Positions 17,003 to 24,333 of a DNA stretch of 24,333 bases are shown piece by piece. This DNA is from a virus (Duplodnaviria; Caudoviricetes), in IMG/VR virus record IMGVR_UViG_3300027852_000165, positions 1 to 24,333 of that record; one strand, written 5' to 3'. The position numbers and the translations under genes are program-made. The notes beneath the pieces are model-generated. The model searched no databases and was not told the origin of the DNA. It saw only the letters and a list, made by a program, of their open reading frames with translations. Within the stretch, counting starts at the first letter, position 1. Each line of letters opens with the position of its first letter.

Positions 17003-17022
17003 GGTTTTAAAAAGGAAAAAAA

Positions 17023-17886
17023 ATGGCAGAAGAAAACACAGACGCTAATCAAGACGGCACCCAAGATGCTGCAATGACGGAATCGTCTACCGATCATGAA
17101 TTACAACCCATAATTAGTGATGATGGTCTTGTTTCAACTGTTGAGTATGAAACTGTAGAAAAAGAAGATACTCAAAAAGAAGAAACACCCAGGGACGATG
17201 CCCTGCAAAATACATCAGAAGACCAAAAATCAGAAGGAAAAGACTTCCACGAACACCCAAGGTTTAAGGAACTGGTCGAGGAAAAGAACGCACTCAAAGC
17301 AAAAGTTGATGAGCTTTCTAATCCCAAGGAACCGGAATCGGGCCCGGAAGCACCTAAGATCAATTTTAAGAATATCATGAATATGAATGATGACGATATC
17401 TTGGAGGATTTTAATGAAAATCCGAAAGGGTTTCTATCCAATGTCGCGTTACAGATTGCTCATGAAATAAAAATGGATCTTAACACAGCAGAACAGGCAA
17501 GGCGTGAAGAAAACGTAAAACTCTCTACACAGCAAAGAATTGAAAAAACACAGCAGGAATTTTTTGCAGATAAGACAGACGGGCAGGAAATGTTAAATGA
17601 TGGGCGTATCAAAGCGTTTATCAATGAAAATCCAGGCCACAACGAAATATCTGCTTACCATGCTCTTGCCGGTGAATCTGTTGTAAAAACAAAGGTCGCA
17701 GAAGCGGTCAAACAGGCCGAAGAACGTATTTACAAAGAACTCAAAGCAGCAGGTAAGTCCAAGTCAACCGCCACACCAAACGGAGGGGTTTTAGATACAA
17801 GCAAATCCCCTGAAATGAAAGATCCGAATAAGTTTGGCGGCAGGGATAGCGTTTTACTAAAGCGTCTCCTGGCAAGGCAAGCCTAA
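17023..17886 (+). CDS. Capsid scaffolding protein (putative)
   Basis: Acidic low-complexity N-terminus, HPRFKELVEEKNALK coiled coil, position directly before MCP. Confidence 0.8.
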   Translation: MAEENTDANQDGTQDAAMTESSTDHELQPIISDDGLVSTVEYETVEKEDTQKEETPRDDALQNTSEDQKSEGKDFHEHPRFKELVEEKNALKAKVDELSNPKEPESGPEAPKINFKNIMNMNDDDILEDFNENPKGFLSNVALQIAHEIKMDLNTAEQARREENVKLSTQQRIEKTQQEFFADKTDGQEMLNDGRIKAFINENPGHNEISAYHALAGESVVKTKVAEAVKQAEERIYKELKAAGKSKSTATPNGGVLDTSKSPEMKDPNKFGGRDSVLLKRLLARQA

Positions 17887-17898
17887 TAAGGAAAAAAA

Positions 17899-18171
17899 AT
17901 GAGCATACTTGATCAACTCGAAGCGGTCACAAATGACTTCTTCATTATTGAAAATGGCATGGCGGAGGATAATTATTTTGAAACATCTTTTCTTCTTGAT
18001 TATCTGATTAAACAGAAAAAGGGAATCTGGAAACGTCCAAGCGGCGGTCAGAAGATTTCTATCCCAATTCGGTACGACGGAAATAAGGCAGCGTTTTACC
18101 CCCGCGGCGGAACTTTGGATTCAACCAAGACCGAAACCATTACAGCGGTAAATTTTGCATGGAAACACGCT
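17899..18171 (+). CDS. Major capsid protein, exon 1
   Basis: 91 codons ending ...FAWKHA; GGQKISIPIRY; joins in frame to 19063. Confidence 0.85.
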
Positions 18172-19062
18172 TAACAACATAGGCTCGATTATATAATAAT
18201 GGCAAACAAAAATTGGACATCTTCTGATAAAGATTTATTAACCAGGCTTTATGGCACAATGCCGAATATCGAACTGTCTGAATTAATGGGTCGGTCTAAA
18301 CAAAGCATCCAGCATATGGCAAGCCGAATGTCACTAACCACAAAACTCGTAGCTAATAAAAAGTTTTGCATAGATTGTGGGATAGAACTTAGCAGAGCTG
18401 CTATTTATGCTGATAGAGTAAAAAGGTGTTTTAAATGTTCAATGGTAAATCATTCTAACAGCAATCATCACAACTGGAAAGGTGGGGTATCCTCCTTAAA
18501 ATCTTTGGTCCATGTGTACCTTACAAAAGCGTGGTCGAAGAAAATATTAATGAGAGATAATTTCATATGCCAGATGTGTAAAAAGCGGGGTGGAGATTTA
18601 GAAGTCCACCACAATGGTGTTAGATATCATAAAATTAGAGATGCGGTCTTATCAATGTACCCAGAACTTGATTTGAAGTGTTTTGACAATAGGGTTTTTC
18701 TCGCTAAAAAAATTGTTGAGGCACACAAAAGTGTTCCTGGAATAACATTGTGCGTTCGCTGCCATTCTAAATTACATAATCGGAAAACGAGTGAATTGCT
18801 GGAAACTCCTAAGAGCTGTGATTACCACAACATAATCAGTAATGATAAGTGTGACGGTTTAAAAAATATCTCAGATTGGACAATCAGCAGCCAAGCCTCC
18901 ACGGAAGTGGAAGAAGGTTCAACGACTAACGCATACGATCCAGAACGGATTATGAAGCGACACGAGCGCCCGTTGCAGTAAATCTCTTACTGTAAAGATG
19001 TAGTCTGAGCCTGTGTGAAAGCACAGGAAGCAAGGCTTAAACGCTGAGCGATAACAACACTG
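18172..19062 (+). mobile_element. Group I self-splicing intron (IA-like) with homing endonuclease
   Basis: P AATTGCTGGAAA (18794), Q AATCAGCAGC (18882), R GTTCAACGACTA (18917), S AAGATGTAGTC (18995); P1 with U.G at the 5' splice site; terminal G at 19062. Confidence 0.92.
18199..18981 (+). CDS. Intron-encoded HNH homing endonuclease
   Basis: N-terminal HTH-like WTSSDKDLL..., NWKGG, RDNFICQMC..LEVHH..GITLCVRCHSKLH; 3' end overlaps the ribozyme core. Confidence 0.88.
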   Translation: MANKNWTSSDKDLLTRLYGTMPNIELSELMGRSKQSIQHMASRMSLTTKLVANKKFCIDCGIELSRAAIYADRVKRCFKCSMVNHSNSNHHNWKGGVSSLKSLVHVYLTKAWSKKILMRDNFICQMCKKRGGDLEVHHNGVRYHKIRDAVLSMYPELDLKCFDNRVFLAKKIVEAHKSVPGITLCVRCHSKLHNRKTSELLETPKSCDYHNIISNDKCDGLKNISDWTISSQASTEVEEGSTTNAYDPERIMKRHERPLQ

Positions 19063-19761
19063 TATGGCAATGGAACAATTCTAAGAATTGATGAGCTTAA
19101 AAACTCCGGGCCTGAAGGATTGATTAATCTGACAACCGAAGAACTTGAGGGCGCCCAGGAAACCTTGAGAGATATTATGGCGACCTCTCTTTACAATGGT
19201 CTGGAAGGTGACGACGAAAATTTAACCGGGCTGAATTCTACTTGCAACACCACGGCGACCACGAATTACGGTGGGTACGCCTCCAACGACATTGTTTCTG
19301 ATGACGGCACTAAGGTTTGGACAGGATTAGGGTCATCTACTACAACCACGCTGTCTCTTGACGCTATAAGGGATTTGAGAACAGCAGCCGCATATGGGAA
19401 AGGAAAGAGTGCAAAACCTGATTTCATTGCAACTGATGAAACCAACTATGACACAATCCTTAGTATCCTTCAGGTACAGCAGAGATTTACTGAAGGGACC
19501 AAAACAGCCATGGCGGGGTTTAGCGGTGTTCGGTTTGAAAACTGTGACATATTCCCTGACAGGTATTGTTCTTCATCTAATATGTATGGGCTGAATAGCA
19601 AGCACGTTGGCTTCGCCGTTCATAAAAATGGGTTATTCCAAAGATCCCCATGGGAATTCATTGCCGGTTCAGGCCGTGATAAGACTCTGAAAATTTTCTT
19701 TGATGGAAATTTTGTTTGCAATAATAGACGGGCTAACTACCGGTTATCTGACGTCAGCTAA
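19063..19761 (+). CDS. Major capsid protein, exon 2 (spliced product 323 aa)
   Basis: Open from 19063 (YGNGTILRIDELKNSG...) in frame with track ORF 19120-19761; LYNG.G...LTGL, KPDFI, GFSGVRF, GNFVCNNR. Confidence 0.88.
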   Translation, partial: YGNGTILRIDELKNSGPEGLINLTTEELEGAQETLRDIMATSLYNGLEGDDENLTGLNSTCNTTATTNYGGYASNDIVSDDGTKVWTGLGSSTTTTLSLDAIRDLRTAAAYGKGKSAKPDFIATDETNYDTILSILQVQQRFTEGTKTAMAGFSGVRFENCDIFPDRYCSSSNMYGLNSKHVGFAVHKNGLFQRSPWEFIAGSGRDKTLKIFFDGNFVCNNRRANYRLSDVS

Positions 19762-19775
19762 ATAGGAGAAAACAA

Positions 19776-20534
19776 ATGAAACCAGAAAAAACAGGTGGAT
19801 GGCTCCAGGGCCTCTATTCAATTTCCGAAACAGCAAAAGAAGCTGTCGGGACAATGCGCCGTGATCTTCACGGTAATATTTATCGGTATGCCAAGGCGGG
19901 GGGTACTGCCCTTTCTCCTGGCAAGAATACTACATCCCCTTCCACTAATGCGGATTGGGAAAACATAGCGGTTGCTGCGGCAGTAGCGGTTGGTGGTAAG
20001 ACCGTAACCCTGACTAACACAGCCGTAGGAGCTGATGTACTTGCTGAAAATTATTTTAAGGGCGGTCAGCTTCAGATTAATGATGCAGCCGGTGAAGGTC
20101 ATTGGTACAGAATCAATTACAGTTCAGCTCTGACAGCAACCTCAACCACTGTTACAATCGGTATTGAGGACGGCATAAGGGTTGCTCTAACGACTTCTTC
20201 CGAGGGTACACTTCTGCCAAGTCCGTATATGGCAACCATTCTCAGTGCAACGGCAACAAACCAGCCCACAGGGACCCCATTGGTTGATGTAACCGCAGCT
20301 TATTACTACTGGTCACAGACCCGTGGCGAGGGTGTTTACTGGACAAACGCTGATCTTGCAGCCGTTGGATCACCTCTTGTTCTCAGCACAGATGACGGCG
20401 AACTTGGTCCATATGTTCTTGACCTGGATGGTGCAGCGGATGCCGACTTACTCATCGCACCGGTTGCTATTGCTATTGGTACAGCAACCCATGTTGATAC
20501 TGAGTACAACTCTTGTAGATATTGCATTGACTAA
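19776..20534 (+). CDS. Putative capsid decoration/cement protein
   Basis: Follows MCP; A/T/G-rich beta-type sequence; GNIYRYAKAG, YYYWSQTRG. Confidence 0.65.
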   Translation: MKPEKTGGWLQGLYSISETAKEAVGTMRRDLHGNIYRYAKAGGTALSPGKNTTSPSTNADWENIAVAAAVAVGGKTVTLTNTAVGADVLAENYFKGGQLQINDAAGEGHWYRINYSSALTATSTTVTIGIEDGIRVALTTSSEGTLLPSPYMATILSATATNQPTGTPLVDVTAAYYYWSQTRGEGVYWTNADLAAVGSPLVLSTDDGELGPYVLDLDGAADADLLIAPVAIAIGTATHVDTEYNSCRYCID

Positions 20535-20540
20535 AACTAT

Positions 20541-20562
20541 AGGGGGAGAAATCCCCCTTTTT
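20541..20562 (+). terminator. Intrinsic terminator after the head genes
   Basis: AGGGGGA-GAAA-TCCCCCT followed by TTTT. Confidence 0.8.
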
Positions 20563-20577
20563 AAAAAGGATTAAATA

Positions 20578-20838
20578 ATGGCTTTTTCAAGCACAGTAAC
20601 AGAGAGTACCGTAATGGGTAACAAGCGTGTCCATTTCGGGACCTGGACAACAGACACAACCGGGGGCGATATTGATACCGGGTTGAGGTCTTGCGAATTT
20701 ATAACACTTCAGACAAGCGGGTCTGCTGTTTCGGCGGATCAATCTGCTGTAAATGAAACACTCCCCGTTGCTGGTTCTGCTGTGACGATTGCTTGTACGT
20801 CGGGCGCTGACGGTTTTTGGATGGCGATCGGAGTTTAA
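20578..20838 (+). CDS. Small virion structural protein (putative)
   Basis: AAAGGA RBS; GGDIDTGL, FWMAIG; late-operon position. Confidence 0.7.
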   Translation: MAFSSTVTESTVMGNKRVHFGTWTTDTTGGDIDTGLRSCEFITLQTSGSAVSADQSAVNETLPVAGSAVTIACTSGADGFWMAIGV

Positions 20839-20839
20839 T

Positions 20840-21466
20840 ATGAGTACGGTCAGTGAAATACTCGAAGGGATAAAACACGGATTCCCGAACAAGGTTAACA
20901 TCGCTCGTGTGAACAGGGCGGTGCGGTTGATTTCTCTAAGATTATTTTACCACAAATCATCACTGGCAAAAGGGGCGTTGGCGGTTACTGTTACGGCAGA
21001 TAGCTCGTCAGCGTCCTTACCTAGTGATTATTGGGGGATGATTGATTGGCCTTATGTTGTTGGGAAAACGAATCGGCTTGAACAATTGCCTAATCTTGAG
21101 ACCCGACTGACTTATTCTTCTAATTCATCCCCTATTTATTTCGATATTAAAGGGCAGACAATTTATCTTTACCCGGGAACCAGTTCGGAAATTGTAATCG
21201 GTGGTGATTATTGGGCGATGCCAACAGCCATTACTGCATTGACAGCAACAGTCCCGTTTAATGAATTGTTTGATGAAGCAATCATTGAGGCGCTATGCAA
21301 TACGCCTATTACGGAAACTGGCAGAAATCCGAGCGAGGGCGTAATCATGAAAACGATAATCGATAAGGTTGTTGATGAAATTGCACCCTACCGGGATAAA
21401 AAATCACCGATAAGAGTTGAAGACAATCTGAACTTTGACGAATATTCAAATGAGGACTGGTACTAA
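20840..21466 (+). CDS. Head-to-tail adaptor-like protein
   Basis: ATG at 20840; helical N-terminus, SLPSDY, IYLYP pattern of podovirus adaptors. Confidence 0.65.
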   Translation: MSTVSEILEGIKHGFPNKVNIARVNRAVRLISLRLFYHKSSLAKGALAVTVTADSSSASLPSDYWGMIDWPYVVGKTNRLEQLPNLETRLTYSSNSSPIYFDIKGQTIYLYPGTSSEIVIGGDYWAMPTAITALTATVPFNELFDEAIIEALCNTPITETGRNPSEGVIMKTIIDKVVDEIAPYRDKKSPIRVEDNLNFDEYSNEDWY

Positions 21467-22086
21467 TGGCATATACAGCAACGGCGGTTATAGCATCGCT
21501 CGGTGAGCAATTGACTGATACCGATAATGACATATGGACCGGAGCAACACTTTGCGAACACGTTACTGAAGCTCAGAATCTAATTGTTGCCCTGAGACCT
21601 GACGCGAATGCTGTAACCGCCGAAACGTCACTTACGCTCACTGTAAAACAGACCATTCCTTCCGGTGGGATTCGGTTCATCGACATTGTTATGAATACTG
21701 GTGGCTCTCCTGTCCAGGAGATAGATCGAGATAAATTAACACAATTAGTACCGGGTTGGACATCTGAGACAGGAACAGAGATTGAATTTTTTATGCATGA
21801 TCCTGAAAATCCAAAAGTTTTTTGGGTATATCCGACATTATCCGGGGCAGGAAGTGTAGATCTCGTTTATTCTAAAACGCCTGACATATTCACAACAAGC
21901 TCAACGGGTCTCGGGATTTCAGATATTCATATTGCAGCTATCTACGAATGGGTTTTATATCGTTGTTTTGCAATGGAAACTAAGGGGATAGATCTAAATA
22001 TGTCTTCTATTCACTTGAATAATTTTTTTAATATTATGGGTATTAAAAAAAACAATGACATCTTATTCCAGCAGATTAAAGGCTAA
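21466..22086 (+). CDS. Second adaptor-like protein (DUF6682-like)
   Basis: EAQNLIVALRPDA, KVFWVYP, AIYEWVLYRCF. Confidence 0.7.
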   Translation: MAYTATAVIASLGEQLTDTDNDIWTGATLCEHVTEAQNLIVALRPDANAVTAETSLTLTVKQTIPSGGIRFIDIVMNTGGSPVQEIDRDKLTQLVPGWTSETGTEIEFFMHDPENPKVFWVYPTLSGAGSVDLVYSKTPDIFTTSSTGLGISDIHIAAIYEWVLYRCFAMETKGIDLNMSSIHLNNFFNIMGIKKNNDILFQQIKG

Positions 22087-22088
22087 GC

Positions 22089-23810
22089 ATGATTGATATC
22101 GGTATATTCAAGGGAGAAATTCCCAGGATTTCAAACAAGCTTTTGCCGGACGGGTACGCCTCAAGTGTAATCAATTGCGACCTGGACGAAGGAAACTTGC
22201 AACCGATTAAAGGAACCACGTCTATTCAATCTGTTGATGTTGGGGCAGAAACGATTTACAGGCTGGGTGAACAATGGCTCCAATGGAACAATAAAATAGA
22301 TATAATCGAGTCTCTTGTTTATAATTCCGGTGGCAGGATTGTCATAACAGGAGATAATTACCCGAAAGAAACCAATATCGCACTTGCTATATCTGGCGCT
22401 CCTTACCCATCTGCTACCCGTAAATTGGGAGTTGGAGCTCCATCGGGTGCCCTGACAGCCGCAGTACAGGTAGCCGGATCTGGAACTAACCGGAGTATCG
22501 CATATTGCTATACTCGAGTGGGGTTATGGGATGATGATACGGTTGTTGAATCAGCTCCTTCTCCTGCATCTAATATTTTGACAACACCTGATGACGGAAC
22601 TATAAGGCTTACCGGATTTGTCGATTCGTCTGAAACAGGTGTGTATACCACTCATTATCGCGTTTACAGGGTTAATACAGGAGAAACAAGTTCAGAGTAT
22701 CAATATGTTGGTGAATTCCTTAAAACAACAGATCCGTTACAATACGATGACGAGGTGACAGATGATGATTTAGGAGAGGTTCTACCCACAACCGGGTGGA
22801 CAGTCCCGATAGACAATTTAAAGGGCATCACTAAAGGATCAAACGGTGTTGCGTTCGCATTCGACGGAAATACGGTCTATGTATCTGAATCGTTTATTGG
22901 GTATACTTTTCCAACAGCTTATACGATTTCGGTTGCTTCTGAAATTGTCGGCCTTGGATTTAACGGGTACGCATTAATAGTCCTGACAAAAAATAGCTAC
23001 CATTTAATTTACGGAACAGATCCGGAATCTCTTTCCCTTGAAACCAAAACATTTGAATTACCGTGCGAATCAAGGCGGTCAATTGTCAGTGTGCCAGCAG
23101 GGATTATATTTGCATCATCAACAGGCCTTTATTTGATTGATTCAGGTGGGATATCAACCAATATCACAGAAGGAATTTTTACCAAAAAAGATTGGAAAGC
23201 TTTAGGACCGAGCAATATATTTGCTTTTTTCTATAACGATTCTTATGTGGCATTCTGGGACGGAACAACAAGGGGGATCGAATTTAAACCCGGCATTAAC
23301 GAAATCAGGCGATTCCAGACAGATGAAAATGTTTTCGGAGGACAATACGTTTCAACCGTTGGAAATAATTCATACGATTTATTAACTTCTGCAAGTAAGA
23401 ATTTCCTAACCGCAGAGGGCTATCAATTCGTTGTTTCAGGGGCAAGTTATTCATTGACATACGATGCCCTGTATTTAATTCAGAAAACGGCAACAGCGCG
23501 TGAAATTGTGTCTTGGGACTCAGGTTCTTTAACTGATTATACGTATGAGACTAAAGAATATTATACTCCTGTATCTCAAGTGTTTTCAGCAGGTTTAATT
23601 TCAGGTGATTTCACAGACGGTAATGTGGTGTTCAGATTGTATGTTGACGATACACTGATTTTCACGAAAACCGTTTCAAGTGACGATATTTTTAGAATTA
23701 CTCAGGCAAGAGGGAACAAGTTCAAAATTACATTGACCGGCAAAACAACTATTGACCGGGTGATTGTTGGGTCTTCTGTCAGAGAAGTAATAAGGAAATA
23801 TAATGATTAA
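22089..23810 (+). CDS. Tail nozzle/stabilisation (tubular) protein
   Basis: FKGEIPRISNKLLP, YCYT....ESAPSP, YRVYR; beta-rich; 573 aa; follows the adaptors. Confidence 0.7.
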   Translation: MIDIGIFKGEIPRISNKLLPDGYASSVINCDLDEGNLQPIKGTTSIQSVDVGAETIYRLGEQWLQWNNKIDIIESLVYNSGGRIVITGDNYPKETNIALAISGAPYPSATRKLGVGAPSGALTAAVQVAGSGTNRSIAYCYTRVGLWDDDTVVESAPSPASNILTTPDDGTIRLTGFVDSSETGVYTTHYRVYRVNTGETSSEYQYVGEFLKTTDPLQYDDEVTDDDLGEVLPTTGWTVPIDNLKGITKGSNGVAFAFDGNTVYVSESFIGYTFPTAYTISVASEIVGLGFNGYALIVLTKNSYHLIYGTDPESLSLETKTFELPCESRRSIVSVPAGIIFASSTGLYLIDSGGISTNITEGIFTKKDWKALGPSNIFAFFYNDSYVAFWDGTTRGIEFKPGINEIRRFQTDENVFGGQYVSTVGNNSYDLLTSASKNFLTAEGYQFVVSGASYSLTYDALYLIQKTATAREIVSWDSGSLTDYTYETKEYYTPVSQVFSAGLISGDFTDGNVVFRLYVDDTLIFTKTVSSDDIFRITQARGNKFKITLTGKTTIDRVIVGSSVREVIRKYND

Positions 23811-24144
23811 TATTCCAAGAATTTCAAACGGCGGAGACAAACAGCTTTTTTTCGACAAGGTTAAAGAAGCATTGGACGTTCTTCTTGGGAATGCTAAGAA
23901 TTCTGACAATTCACGAGCTATGCTGGCTGGCGATCTTCAAACTTTTTGGGATGATAATTCAGGGGATTTGTTAACCGAGGCGTCAGGTGGTGCATCAGAA
24001 ATCGCCGCTGCCAGTTTTTCAGACGGTGCGGATTATGGCGGGTTGGTAGAAACCCCGGATTTTTCAGGAGAGGTCGAGCCAGAAATTTCAATAGATCTTG
24101 CAGAAACAATTAGCCCAGGCTTTTTCAATTATGGAGTATTATAA
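23803..24144 (+). CDS. Hypothetical tail-associated protein
   Basis: 113 aa, coupled to both neighbours. Confidence 0.65.
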   Translation: MINIPRISNGGDKQLFFDKVKEALDVLLGNAKNSDNSRAMLAGDLQTFWDDNSGDLLTEASGGASEIAAASFSDGADYGGLVETPDFSGEVEPEISIDLAETISPGFFNYGVL

Positions 24145-24333
24145 TGGCAACTGAGATACAACGAAGGGGTGGTACAACAGCAGAACACGCCACATTCACT
24201 GGCGAGAGCAGAGAAACCACGATTGACACAGATAAGAAAACAGTCGTGGTTCATGATGGTTCTACGGCGGGTGGGTTTCCTCTTGCACTTGAAGCAGGGG
24301 TTTCTATCAAAAGGTATGGAAATGATCTGCCAA
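24144..24333 (+). CDS. Tail fibre/receptor-binding protein with Mtd_N domain (partial)
   Basis: Read manually: MATEIQRRGGTTAEHATFTGESRETTIDTDKKTVVVHDGSTAGGFPLA, close to the Bordetella phage BPP-1 Mtd N-terminus as recalled. Confidence 0.85.
   Translation, partial: MATEIQRRGGTTAEHATFTGESRETTIDTDKKTVVVHDGSTAGGFPLALEAGVSIKRYGNDLP

Noticed and set aside
19120-19761. Stand-alone 213-aa capsid gene with TTG start, or an intein explanation for the split
   Set aside because: The frame is open from 19063 and joins exon 1; in-frame stops and group I RNA motifs exclude an intein.
3332-24109. Minus-strand track ORFs right of 3.3 kb and nested + ORFs (e.g. 12731, 15551, 17198, 19394, 20323)
   Set aside because: They overlap better-supported + strand genes and show no recognisable motifs.
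1-24333. tRNA/rRNA genes, integrase or att sites, host assignment
   Set aside because: None recognised by eye; prophage versus free phage and host cannot be determined from this window.

Overview
This window is a segment of a tailed dsDNA (pro)phage genome with podovirus-type (P22/BPP-1-like) morphogenesis genes. Bases 1-800 hold a divergent control region: a pentapeptide-repeat gene (missed by the ORF track) and an XRE-HTH gene on the minus strand, two back-to-back sigma70-like promoters, and an exact 27-bp direct repeat that would make the two transcripts antisense to each other. Bases ~0.8-10.2 kb hold a co-oriented array of small accessory genes (YopX, HNH nucleases, Cys-rich proteins, a C5 methyltransferase with an overlapping second-frame polypeptide). 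This array has several broken genes and recurring short motifs at gene junctions. Bases ~10.4-24.3 kb form the late operon: HNH, TerS, TerL, portal, scaffold, major capsid protein (MCP), decoration, adaptors, tail nozzle and the start of an Mtd_N tail fibre. The best-supported unusual feature is a group I intron (18172-19062) carrying an HNH homing endonuclease that splits the MCP gene. All assignments come from reading motifs by eye; no searches were run.
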